From assembly GCA_039621445.1 (NCBI GenBank), contig CP154954.1, positions 35,263,703 through 35,327,702 on the forward strand: a DNA stretch of 64,000 nt, written 5' to 3'. Source of the DNA: Euglena gracilis. Lineage: Eukaryota. The number at the start of each line of letters is the position of its first letter. Position 1 is the first letter of the stretch. The position numbers and the translations under genes were made by a program. Shown piece after piece: positions 38,601-52,400 of the stretch. Below the pieces are notes generated by a model. The model did not search any database, was not told where the DNA came from, and was given only the letters and a program-made list of their open reading frames with translations.

Positions 38601-41600
38601 CCAAAGTCAGGGGACCCGTTGGTTTCCCTGATTGCCGTGGTTTAATGGTAAGAAAAACATGCAGCGGGAATGTTGGTTGCAAGAAATGAGCAGATTTAGA
38701 TGGGTGCATTCGACCATTCCGGGGGACATTTACCAGGTCAGCCCAGGTTACCATGTAAAAATGGACCAAATTGGGCCTTACTCCGAGTAACCGAATGGGT
38801 GTTCCAGGAGGCCTCCAAAGTCAGGGGACCCGTTGGTTTCATGATTGTCGTGGTTTAATGGTAAGAAAAACATGCAGGCGGAAGGTTGGTTGCAAGAAAT
38901 GAGCAGATTTAGATGGGTGCATTCGACCATTCCGGGGGACATTTACCAGGTCAGCCCAGGTTACCATGTAAAAATGGACCAAATTGGGCCTTACTCCGAG
39001 TAACCGAATGGGTGTTCCAGGAGGCCTCCAAAGTCAGGGGACCCGTTGGTTTCATGATTGTCGTGGTTTAATGGTAAGAAAAACATGCAGCCGGAAGGTT
39101 GGTTGCAAGAAATGAGCAGATTTAGATGGGTGCATTCGACCATTCCGGGGGACATTTACCAGGTCAGCCCAGGTTACCATGTAAAAATGGACCAAATTGG
39201 GCCTTACTCCGAGTAACCGAATGGGTGTTCCAGGAGGCCTCCAAAGTCAGGGGACCCGTTGGTTTCATGATTGTCGTGGTTTAATGGTAAGAAAAACATG
39301 CAGCCGGAAGGTTGGTTGCAAGAAATGAGCAGATTTAGATGGGTGCATTCGACCATTCCGGGGGACATTTACCAGGTCAGCCCAGGTTACCATGTAAAAA
39401 TGGACCAAATTGGGCCTTACTCCGAGTAACCGAATGGGTGTTCCAGGAGGCCTCCAAAGTCAGGGGACCCGTTGGTTTCATGATTGTCGTGGTTTAATGG
39501 TAAGAAAAACATGCAGCCGGAAGGTTGGTTGCAAGAAATGAGCAGATTTAGATGGGTGCATTCGACCATTCCGGGGGACATTTACCAGGTCAGCCCAGGT
39601 TACCATGTAAAAATGGACCAAATTGGGCCTTACTCCGAGTAACCGAATGGGTGTTCCAGGAGGCCTCCAAAGTCAGGGGACCCGTTGGTTTCATGATTGT
39701 CGTGGTTTAATGGTAAGAAAAACATGCAGCGGGAATGTTGGTTGCAAGAAATGAGCAGATTTAGATGGGTGCATTCGACCATTCCGGGGGACATTTACCA
39801 GGTCAGCCCAGGTTACCATGTAAAAATGGACCAAATTGGGCCTTACTCCGAGTAACCGAATGGGTGTTCCAGGAGGCCTCCAAAGTCAGGGGACCCGTTG
39901 GTTTCATGATTGTCGTGGTTTAATGGTAAGAAAAACATGCAGCCGGAAGGTTGGTTGCAAGAAATGAGCAGATTTAGATGGGTGCATTCGACCATTCCGG
40001 GGGACATTTACCAGGTCAGCCCAGGTTACCATGTAAAAATGGACCAAATTGGGCCTTACTCCGAGTAACCGAATGGGTGTTCCAGGAGGCCTCCAAAGTC
40101 AGGGGACCCGTTGGTTTCATGATTGTCGTGGTTTAATGGTAAGAAAAACATGCAGCGGGAATGTTGGTTGCAAGAAATGAGCAGATTTAGATGGGTGCAT
40201 TCGACCATTCCGGGGGACATTTACCAGGTCAGCCCAGGTTACCATGTAAAAATGGACCAAATTGGGCCTTACTCCGAGTAACCGAATGGGTGTTCCAGGA
40301 GGCCTCCAAAGTCAGGGGACCCGTTGGTTTCATGATTGTCGTGGTTTAATGGTAAGAAAAACATGCAGCCGGAAGGTTGGTTGCAAGAAATGAGCAGATT
40401 TAGATGGGTGCATTCGACCATTCCGGGGGACATTTACCAGGTCAGCCCAGGTTACCATGTAAAAATGGACCAAGTTGGGCCTTACTCCGAGTTACCGAAT
40501 GGGTGTTCCAGGAGGCCTCCAAAGTCAGGGGACCCGTTGGTTTCATGATTGTCGTGGTTTTAATGGGAAGAAAAACATGCAGCGGGGCATGTTGGTTGCA
40601 AGAAATGAGCAGATTTAGATGGGTGCATTCGACCATTCCGGGGGACATTTACCAGGTCAGCCCAGGTTACCATGTAAAAATGGACCAAATTGGGCCTTAC
40701 TCCGAGTAACCGAATGGGTGTTCCAGGAGGCCTCCAAAGTCAGGGGACCCGTTGGTTTCATGATTGTCGTGGTTTAATGGTAAGAAAAACATGCAGCCGG
40801 AAGGTTGGTTGCAAGAAATGAGCAGATTTAGATGGGTGCATTCGACCATTCCGGGGGACATTTACCAGGTCAGCCCAGGTTACCATGTAAAAATGGACCA
40901 AATTGGGCCTTACTCCGAGTAACCGAATGGGTGTTCCAGGAGGCCTCCAAAGTCAGGGGACCCGTTGGTTTCATGATTGTCGTGGTTTAATGGTAAGAAA
41001 AACATGCAGCCGGAAGGTTGGTTGCAAGAAATGAGCAGATTTAGATGGGTGCATTCGACCATTCCGGGGGACATTTACCAGGTCAGCCCAGGTTACCATG
41101 TAAAAATGGACCAAATTGGGCCTTACTCCGAGTAACCGAATGGGTGTTCCAGGAGGCCTCCAAAGTCAGGGGACCCGTTGGTTTCATGATTGTCGTGGTT
41201 TAATGGTAAGAAAAACATGCAGCGGGAAGGTTGGTTGCAAGAAATGAGCAGATTTAGATGGGGGCATTCGACCATTCCGGGGGACATTTACCAGGTCAGC
41301 CCAGGTTACCATGTAAAAATGGACCAAATTGGGCCTTACTCCGAGTAACCGAATGGGTGTTCCAGGAGGCCTCCAAAGTCAGGGGACCCGTTGGTTTCAT
41401 GATTGTCGTGGTTTAATGGTAAGAAAAACATGCAGCCGGAAGGTTGGTTGCAAGAAATGAGCAGATTTAGATGGGTGCATTCGACCATTCCGGGGGACAT
41501 TTACCAGGTCAGCCCAGGTTACCATGTAAAAATGGACCAAATTGGGCCTTACTCCGAGTAACCGAATGGGTGTTCCAGGAGGCCTCCAAAGTCAGGGGAC

Positions 41601-44600
41601 CCGTTGGTTTCATGATTGTCGTGGTTTAATGGTAAGAAAAACATGCAGCCGGAAGGTTGGTTGCAAGAAATGAGCAGATTTAGATGGGTGCATTCGACCA
41701 TTCCGGGGGACATTTACCAGGTCAGCCCAGGTTACCATGTAAAAATGGACCAAATTGGGCCTTACTCCGAGTAACCGAATGGGTGTTCCAGGAGGCCTCC
41801 AAAGTCAGGGGACCCGTTGGTTTCATGATTGTCGTGGTTTAATGGTAAGAAAAACATGCAGCCGGAAGGTTGGTTGCAAGAAATGAGCAGATTTAGATGG
41901 GTGCATTCGACCATTCCGGGGGACATTTACCAGGTCAGCCCAGGTTACCATGTAAAAATGGACCAAATTGGGCCTTACTCCGAGTAACCGAATGGGTGTT
42001 CCAGGAGGCCTCCAAAGTCAGGGGACCCGTTGGTTTCATGATTGTCGTGGTTTAATGGTAAGAAAAACATGCAGCCGGAAGGTTGGTTGCAAGAAATGAG
42101 CAGATTTAGATGGGTGCATTCGACCATTCCGGGGGACATTTACCAGGTCAGCCCAGGTTACCATGTAAAAATGGACCAAATTGGGCCTTACTCCGAGTAA
42201 CCGAATGGGTGTTCCAGGAGGCCTCCAAAGTCAGGGGACCCGTTGGTTTCATGATTGTCGTGGTTTAATGGTAAGAAAAACATGCAGCCGGAAGGTTGGT
42301 TGCAAGAAATGAGCAGATTTAGATGGGTGCATTCGACCATTCCGGGGGACATTTACCAGGTCAGCCCAGGTTACCATGTAAAAATGGACCAAATTGGGCC
42401 TTACTCCGAGTAACCGAATGGGTGTTCCAGGAGGCCTCCAAAGTCAGGGGACCCGTTGGTTTCATGATTGTCGTGGTTTAATGGTAAGAAAAACATGCAG
42501 CCGGAAGGTTGGTTGCAAGAAATGAGCAGATTTAGATGGGTGCATTCGACCATTCCGGGGGACATTTACCAGGTCAGCCCAGGTTACCATGTAAAAATGG
42601 ACCAAATTGGGCCTTACTCCGAGTAACCGAATGGGTGTTCCAGGAGGCCTCCAAAGTCAGGGGACCCGTTGGTTTCATGATTGTCGTGGTTTAATGGTAA
42701 GAAAAACATGCAGCCGGAAGGTTGGTTGCAAGAAATGAGCAGATTTAGATGGGTGCATTCGACCATTCCGGGGGACATTTACCAGGTCAGCCCAGGTTAC
42801 CATGTAAAAATGGACCAAATTGGGCCTTACTCCGAGTAACCGAATGGGTGTTCCAGGAGGCCTCCAAAGTCAGGGGACCCGTTGGTTTCATGATTGTCGT
42901 GGTTTAATGGTAAGAAAAACATGCAGCCGGAAGGTTGGTTGCAAGAAATGAGCAGATTTAGATGGGTGCATTCGACCATTCCGGGGGACATTTACCAGGT
43001 CAGCCCAGGTTACCATGTAAAAATGGACCAAATTGGGCCTTACTCCGAGTAACCGAATGGGTGTTCCAGGAGGCCTCCAAAGTCAGGGGACCCGTTGGTT
43101 TCATGATTGTCGTGGTTTAATGGTAAGAAAAACATGCAGCCGGAAGGTTGGTTGCAAGAAATGAGCAGATTTAGATGGGTGCATTCGACCATTCCGGGGG
43201 ACATTTACCAGGTCAGCCCAGGTTACCATGTAAAAATGGACCAAATTGGGCCTTACTCCGAGTAACCGAATGGGTGTTCCAGGAGGCCTCCAAAGTCAGG
43301 GGACCCGTTGGTTTCATGATTGTCGTGGTTTAATGGTAAGAAAAACATGCAGCCGGAAGGTTGGTTGCAAGAAATGAGCAGATTTAGATGGGTGCATTCG
43401 ACCATTCCGGGGGACATTTACCAGGTCAGCCCAGGTTACCATGTAAAAATGGACCAAATTGGGCCTTACTCCGAGTAACCGAATGGGTGTTCCAGGAGGC
43501 CTCCAAAGTCAGGGGACCCGTTGGTTTCATGATTGTCGTGGTTTAATGGTAAGAAAAACATGCAGCCGGAAGGTTGGTTGCAAGAAATGAGCAGATTTAG
43601 ATGGGTGCATTCGACCATTCCGGGGGACATTTACCAGGTCAGCCCAGGTTACCATGTAAAAATGGACCAATTGGGCCTTACTCCGAGTAACCGAATGGGT
43701 GTTCCAGGAGGCCTCCAAAGTCAGGGGACCCGTTGGTTTCATGATTGTCGTGGTTTAATGGTAAGAAAAACATGCAGCGGAAGGTTGGTTGCAAGAAATG
43801 AGCAGATTTAGATGGGTGCATTCGACCATTCCGGGGGACATTTACCAGGTCAGCCCAGGTTACCATGTAAAAATGGACCAAATTGGGCCTTACTCCGAGT
43901 AACCGAATGGGTGTTCCAGGAGGCCTCCAAAGTCAGGGGACCCGTTGGTTTCATGATTGTCGTGGTTTAATGGTAAGAAAAACATGCAGCCGGAAGGTTG
44001 GTTGCAAGAAATGAGCAGATTTAGATGGGTGCATTCGACCATTCCGGGGGACATTTACCAGGTCAGCCCAGGTTACCATGTAAAAATGGACCAAATTGGG
44101 CCTTACTCCGAGTAACCGAATGGGTGTTCCAGGAGGCCTCCAAAGTCAGGGGACCCGTTGGTTTCATGATTGTCGTGGTTTAATGGTAAGAAAAACATGC
44201 AGCCGGAAGGTTGGTTGCAAGAAATGAGCAGATTTAGATGGGTGCATTCGACCATTCCGGGGGACATTTACCAGGTCAGCCCAGGTTACCATGTAAAAAT
44301 GGACCAAATTGGGCCTTACTCCGAGTAACCGAATGGGTGTTCCAGGAGGCCTCCAAAGTCAGGGGACCCGTTGGTTTCATGATTGTCGTGGTTTAATGGT
44401 AAGAAAAACATGCAGCCGGAAGGTTGGTTGCAAGAAATGAGCAGATTTAGATGGGTGCATTCGACCATTCCGGGGGACATTTACCAGGTCAGCCCAGGTT
44501 ACCATGTAAAAATGGACCAAATTGGGCCTTACTCCGAGTAACCGAATGGGTGTTCCAGGAGGCCTCCAAAGTCAGGGGACCCGTTGGTTTCATGAGTGTC

Positions 44601-46492
44601 GTTGTTTAATGGTAAGAAAAACATGCAGCCGGAAGGTTGGGTGCAAGACATAAAAAAACCAAAAACAAAAAGACAAAAAAACAAAAAAAAACAATCACAA
44701 AACAAATACAAAAAACAAAAAAAAACCAAGTGGGCGTGCAAGAAATGAGCAGATTTAGATGGGTGCATTCGACCATTCCGGGGGACATTTACCAGGTCAG
44801 CCCAGGTTACCATGTAAAAATGGACCAAATTGGGCCTTACTCCGAGTAACCGAATGGGTGTTCCAGGAGGCCTCCAAAGTCAGGGGACCCGTTGGTTTCA
44901 TGATTGTCGTGGTTTAATGGTAAGAAAAACATGCAGCGGGAATGTTGGTTGCAAGAAATGAGCACATTTAGATGGGTGCATTCGACCATTCCGGGGGACA
45001 TTTACCAGGTCAGCCCAGGTTACCATGCAAAAATGGACCAAATTGGGCCTTACTCCGAGTAACCGGATGGGTGTTCCAGGAGGCCTCCAAAGTTAGGGGA
45101 CCCGTTGGTTTCATGATTTTCGTGGTTTAATGGTAAGAAAAACATGCAGCGGGAATGTTGGTTGCAAGAAATGAGCACATTTAGATGGGTGCATTCGACC
45201 ATTCCGGGGGACATTTACCAGGTCAGCCCAGGTTACCATGCAAAAATGGACCAAATTGGGCCTTACTCCGAGTAACCGGATGGGTGTTCCAGGAGGCCTC
45301 CAAAGTCAGGGGACCCGCTGGTTTCATGATTGTCGTGGTTTAATGGTAAGAAAAGCATGCAGCGGGAATGTTGGTTGCAAGAAATGAGCACATTTAGATG
45401 GGTGCATTCGACCATTCCGGGGGACATTTACCAGGTCAGCCCAGGTTACCATGCAAAAATGGACCAAATTGGGCCTTACTCCGAGTAACCGGATGGGTGT
45501 TCCAGGAGGCCTCCAAAGTTAGGGGACCCGTTGGTTTCATGATTTTCGTGGTTTAATTGTAAGAAAAACATGCAGCGGGAATGTTGGTTGCAAGAAATGA
45601 GCACATTTAGATGGGTGCATTCGACCATTCCGGGGGACATTTACCAGGTCAGCCCAGGTTACCATGCAAAAATGGACCAAATTGGGCCTTACTCCGAGTA
45701 ACCGGATGGGTGTTCCAGGAGGCCTCCAAAGTTAGGGGACCCGTTGGTTTCATGATTTTCGTGGTTTAATGGTAAGAAAAACATGCAGCGGGAATGTTGG
45801 TTGCAAGAAATGAGCACATTTAGATGGGTGCATTCGACCATTCCGGGGGACATTTACCAGGTCAGCCCAGGTTACCATGTAAAAATGGACCAAGTTGGGC
45901 CTTACTCCGAGTAACCGAATGGGTGTTCCAGGAGGCCTCCAAAGTCAGAGGACCCGTTCGTTTCATGATTGTCGTGGTTAAATGGTAAGAAAAACATGCA
46001 GCGGGAATGTTGGTTGCACGAAATGAGCAGATTTATATGGGTGCATTCGACCATTCCGGGGGACATTTACCAGGTCAGCCCAGGTTACCATGTAAAAATG
46101 GACCAAGTTGGGCCTTACTCCGAGTAACCGGATGGGTGTTCCAGGAGGCCTCCAAAGTTAGGGGACCCGTTGGTTTCATGATTTTCGTGGTTTAATGGTA
46201 AGAAAAACATGCAGCGGGAATGTTGGTTGCAAGAAACGAGCACATTTAGATGGGTGCATTCGACCATTCCGGGGGACATTTACCAGGTCAGTCCAGGTTA
46301 CCATGCAAAAATGGACCAAATTGGGCCTTACTCCGAGTAACCGGATGGCTGTTCCAGGAGGCCTCCAAAGTTAGGGGACCCGTTGGTTTCATGATTTTCG
46401 TGGTTTAATGGTAAGAAAAACATGCAGCGGGAATGTTGGTTGCAAGAAATGAGCACATTTAGATGGGTGCATTCGACCATTCCGGGGGACAT
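35614..46492 (-). repeat. Satellite block 5, reverse
   Basis: Starts GCCTCCAAAGTC at 35614 and ends CCGGGGGACAT at 46492. Interrupted at ~44649-44735. Confidence 0.97.
44649..44735. other. A-rich low-complexity insertion in the satellite
   Basis: CATAAAAAAACCAAAAACAAAAAG... between two copies of GTGCAAGA (44641-44648 and 44736-44743). Confidence 0.85.
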
Positions 46493-46494
46493 AA

Positions 46495-49400
46495 GGAGTA
46501 AGGCCCAATTTGGTCCATTTTTACATGGTAACCTGGGCTGACCTGCTAAATGTCCCCCGGAATGGTCGAATGCACCCATCTAAATGTTCTCATTTCTTGC
46601 AACCAACATTCCTGCAGCATGTTTTTTATCTAATACCACGACAATCATGAAAACCCACGGGTCCCCTCTGACTTTGGAGGCCTCCTGGAACACCCATTCG
46701 GTTACTCGGAGAAAGGCCCAATTTGGTCCATTTTTTACATGGTAACCTGGGCTGACCTGGTAAATGTCCCCCGGAATGGTCGAATGCAACCCATTTAAAT
46801 GTGCTCATTTCTTGCAACCAACCTTCCCGCTGCATGTGGTTCTTACCATTAAACCACGACAATAATGAAACCAAAAGGTCCCCTGACTTTGGATGGAGGC
46901 CTCCTGTAACACCCATTCGGTTCGTCGGAGTAAGGCCCAATTTGGTCCATTTTTACATGGTAACCTGGGCTGACCTGGTAAATGTCCCCCGGAATGGTCG
47001 AATGCACCCATCTAAATCTGCTCATTTCTTGCAACCAACATTCCCGCTGCATGGTTTTTCTTCCATTAAACCACGACAATCATGAAACCAACGGGTCCCC
47101 TGACTTTGGAGGCCTCCTGGAACACCCATTCGGTTACTCGGAGTAAGGCCCAATTTGGTCCATTTTTACATGGTAACCTGGGCTGACCTGGTAAATGTCC
47201 CCGGTATGGTCGAATGCACCCATCTAAATCTGCTCATTTCTTGAAACCAACATTCCCGCTGCATGGTTTTCTTTACATTAAACCCACACCATCCTTAAAC
47301 CCACGGGTTCCCCTGACTTTGGAGGCCTCCTGGAACACCCATTCGGTTAACGGGGAGTAGGGCCCAATTTGGTCCATTTTTACATAGTAACCTGGGCTGA
47401 CCTGGTAAATGTCCCCGGGAAAGGTCGAATGCACCCATCTAAATCTGCTCATTTCTTGAAACCAACATTCCCGCTGCATGGTTTTTCTTTCATTAAACCA
47501 CGACAATCATGAAACCAACGGGTCCCCTGACTTTGGAGGCCTCCTGGAACACCCATTCGGTTACTCGGAGTAAGGCACAATTTGGTCCATTTTTACATGG
47601 TAACCTGGGCTGACCTGGTAAATGTCCCCGGGAATGGTCGAATGCACCCATCTAAATCTGCTCATTTCTTGCAACCAACATTCCCGCTGCATGGTTTTTC
47701 TTCCATTAAACCACGACAATCATGAAACCAACGGGTCCCCTGACTTTGGAGGCCTCCTGGAACACCCATTCGGTTACTCGGAGTAAGGCCCAATTTGGTC
47801 CATTTTTACATGGTAACCTGGGCTGACCTGGTAAATGTCCCCCGGAATGGTCGAATGCACCCATCTAAATGTGCTCATTTCTTGCAACCAACATTCCTGC
47901 TGCATGTTTTTTCTACCATTAAACCACGACAATCATGAAACCAACGGGTCCCCTGACTTTGGAGGCCTCCTGGAACACCCATTCGGTTACTCGGAGTAAG
48001 GCCCAATTTGGTCCATTTTTACGTGGTAACCTGGGCTGACCTGGTAAATGTCCCCCGGAACGGTCGAATGCACCCATCTAAATGTGCGAATTTCTTGCAA
48101 AAAACGTTCCCGCTGCATGATTTTCTTACCATTAAACCACGAAAATCATGAAACCAACGGGTCCCCTGACTTTGGAGGCCTCCTGGAACACCCATTCGGT
48201 TACTCGGAGTAAGGCCCAATTTGGTCCATTTTTACATGGTAACCTGGGCTGACCTTGTAAATGTCCCCCGGAATGGTCGAATGCACCCATCTAAATGTGC
48301 TCATTTCTTGCAACCAACATTCCCGCTGCATGTTTTTCTTACCATTAAACCACGACAATCATGAAACCAACGGGTCCCCTGACTTTGGAGGCCTCCTGGA
48401 ACACCCATTCGGTTACTCGGAGTAAGGCCCAACGTGGTCCATTTTTACATGGTAACCTGGGCTGGCCTGGTAAATGTCCCCCGGAATGGTCGAATGCAGC
48501 CATCTAAATGTGCTCATTTACTGCAACCAACATTCCCACTGCATGTTTTGCTTACCATTAAACCACGACAATCATGAAACTAACGGGTCCCCTGACTTTG
48601 GAGGCCTCCTGGAACACCCATTCGGTTACTCGGAGTAAGGCCCAATTTGGTCCATTTTTACATGGTAACCTGGGCTGACCTGGTAAATGTCCCCCGGAAT
48701 GGTCGAATGCACCCATCTAAATGTGCTTGTTTCTTGCAACCAACATTGTCCTGCATGTTTTTCTTACCATTAAACCACGACAATCATGAAACCAACGGGT
48801 CCCCTGACTTTGGAGGCCTCCTGGAACACCCATTCGGTTACTCGGAGTAAGGCCCAATTTGGTCCATTTTTACATGGTAACCTGGGCTGACCTGGTAAAT
48901 GTCCCCCGGAATGGTCGAATGCACCAACTAAATGTGCTCATTTCTTGCAACCAACATTCCCGCTGCATGTTTTTCTTACCATTAAACCACGACAATCATG
49001 AAACCAACGGGTCCCCTGACTTTGGAGGCCTCCTGGAACACCCATTCGGTTACTCGGAGTAAGGCCCAATTTGGTCCATTTTTACATGGTAACCTGGGCT
49101 GACCTGGTAAATGTCCCCCGGAATGGTCGAATGCACCCATCTAAATGTGCTCATTTCTTGCAACCAACATTCCCGCTGCATGTTTTTCTTACCATTAAAC
49201 CACGACAATCATGAAACCAACGGGTCCCCTGACTTTGGAGGCCTCCTGGAACACCCATTCGGTTACTCGGAGTAAGGCCCATTTGGTCCATTTTTACATG
49301 GTAACCTGGGCTGACCTGGTAAATGTCCCCGGTATGGTCGAATGCACCCATCTAAATGTGCTCATTTCCTGCAACCAACATTCCCGCTGCATGTTTTTCT

Positions 49401-52400
49401 TACCATTAAACCACGACAATCATGAAACCAACGGGTCCCCTGACTTTGGAGGCCTCCTGGAACACCCTTTTGGTTACTCAGAGTAAGGCCCATTTTGGTC
49501 CATTTTTACATGGTAACCTGGGCTGACCTGGTAAATGTCCCCCGGAATGGTCGAATGCACCCATCTAAATGTGCTCATTTCTTGCAACCAACATTCCCGC
49601 TGCATGTTTTTCTTATCATTAAACCACGACAATCATGAAACCAACGGGTCCCCTGACTTTGGAGGCCTCCTGGAACACCCATTCGGTTACTCGGAGTAAG
49701 GCCCAATTTGGTCCATTTTTACATGGTAACCTGGGCTGACCTGGTAAATGTCCCCCGAATGGTCGAATGCACCCATCTAAATCTGCTCATTTCTTGCAAC
49801 CAACATTCCCGCTGCATGTTTTTCTTACCATTAAACCACGACAATCATGAAACCAACGGGTCCCCTGACTTTGGAGGCCTCCTGGAACACCCATTCGGTT
49901 ACTCGGAGTAAGGCCCAATTTGGTCCATTTTTACATGGTAACCTGGGCTGACCTGGTAAATGTCCCCCGGAATGGTCGAATGCACCCATCTAAATGTGCT
50001 CATTTCTTGCAACCAACATTCCCGCTGCATGTTTTTCTTACCATTAAACCACGACAATCATGAAACCAACGGGTCCCCTGACTTTGGAGGCCTCCTGGAA
50101 CACCCATTCGGTTACTCGGAGTAAGGCCCAATTTGGTCCATTTTTACATGGTAACCTGGGCTGACCTGGTAAATGTCCCCCGGAATGGTCGAATGCACCC
50201 ATCTAAATGTGCTCATTTCTTGCAACCAACATTCCGCTGCATGTTTTTCTTACCATTAAACCACGACAATCATGAAACCAACGGGTCCCCTGACTTTGGA
50301 GGCCTCCTGGAACACCCATTCGGTTACTCGGAGTAAGGCCCAATTTGGTCCATTTTTACATGGTAACCTGGGCTGACCTGGTAAATGTCCCCCGGAATGG
50401 TCGAATGCACCCATCTAAATGTGCTCATTTCTTGCAACCAACATTCCCGCTGCATGTTTTTCTTACCATTAAACCACGACAATCATGAAACCAACGGGTC
50501 CCCTGACTTTGGAGGCCTCCTGGAACACCCATTCGGTTACTCGGAGTAAGGCCCATTTTGGTCCATTTTTACATGGTAACCTGGGCTGACCTGGTAAATG
50601 TCCCCCGGAATGGTCGAATGCACCCATCTAAATGTGCTCATTTCTTGCAACCAACATTCCGCTGCATGTTTTTCTTACCATTAAACCACGACAATCATGA
50701 AACCAACGGGTCCCCTGACTTTGGAGGCCTCCTGGAACACCCATTCGGTTACTCGGAGTAAGGCCCAATTTGGTCCATTTTTTACATGGTAACCTGGGCT
50801 GACCTGGTAAATGTCCCCCGGAATGGTCGAATGCACCCATCTAAATGTGCTCATTTCTTGCAACCAACCTTCCCGCCTCATTTTTTTTCTTACCATTAAA
50901 CCACGACAATCATTGAACCAACGGGTCCCCTGACTTTGGAGGCCTCCTGGAACACCCATTCGGTTACTCGGAGTAAGGCCCAATTTGGTCCATTTTTACA
51001 TGGTAACCTGGGCTGACCTGGTAAATGTCCCCCCGGAATGGTCGAATGCACCCATCTAAATGTGCTCATTTCTTGCAACCAACATTCCCGCTGCATTTTT
51101 TCTTACCATTAAACCACGACAATCATGAAACCAACGGGTCCCCTGACTTTGGAGGCCTCCTGGAACACCCATTCGGTTACTCGGAGTAAGGCCCAATTTG
51201 GTCCATTTTTACATGGTAACCTGGGCTGACCTGGTAAATGTCCCCCGGAATGGTCGAATGCACCCATCTAAATGTGCTCATTTCATTTCTTGCAACCAAC
51301 ATTCCCGCTGCATGTTTTTCTTACCATTAAACCACGACAATCATGAAACCAACGGGTCCCCTGACTTTGGAGGCCTCCTGGAACACCCATTCGGTTACTC
51401 GGAGTAAGGCCCAATTTGGTCCATTTTTACATGGTAACCTGGGCTGACCTGGTAAATGTCCCCCGGAATGGTCGAATGCACCCATCTAAATGTGCTCATT
51501 TCTTGCAACCAACATTCCCGCTGCATGTTTTTTCTTACCATTAAACCACGACAATCATGAAACCAACGGGTCCCCTGACTTTGGAGGCCTCCTGGAACAC
51601 CCATTCGGTTACTCGGAGTAAGGCCCAATTTGGTCCATTTTTACATGGTAACCTGGGCTGACCTGGTAAATGTCCCCCGGAATGGTCGAATGCACCCATC
51701 TAAATGTGCTCATTTCTTGCAACCAACATTCCGGCTGCATGTTTTTCTTACCATTAAACCACGACAATCATGAAACCAACGGGTCCCCTGACTTTGGAGG
51801 CCTCCTGGAACACCCATTCGGTTACTCGGAGTAAGGCCCATTTGGTCCATTTTTACATGGTAACCTGGGCTGACCTGGTAAATGTCCCCCGGAATGGTCG
51901 AATGCACCCATCTAAATGTGCTCATTTCTTGCAACCAACATTCCCGCTGCATGTTTTTCTTACCATTAAACCACGACAATCATGAAACCAACGGGTCCCC
52001 TGACTTTGGAGGCCTCCTGGAACACCCATTCGGTTACTCGGAGTAAGGCCCAATTTGGTCCATTTTTACATGGTAACCTGGGCTGACCTGGTAAATGTCC
52101 CCCGGAATGGTCGAATGCACCCATCTAAATGTGCTCATTTCTTGCAACCAACCTTCCGCTGCATGTTTTTCTTACCATTAAACCACGACAATCTCATGAA
52201 ACCAACGGGTCCCCTGACTTTGGAGGCTCCTGGAACACCCATTCGGTTACTCGGAGTAAGGCCCAATTTGGTCCATTTTTACATGGTAACCTTGGCTGAC
52301 CTGGTAAATGTCCCCCGGAATGGTCGAATGCACCCATCTAAATGTGCTCATTTCTTGCAAATAAACCTTTCGGCTGCATGTTTTTCTTACCATTAAACCA

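Noticed and set aside
44529-44849. Lys-rich and Phe-rich ORFs across the A-rich insert
   Set aside because: They are trivial translations of low-complexity sequence.
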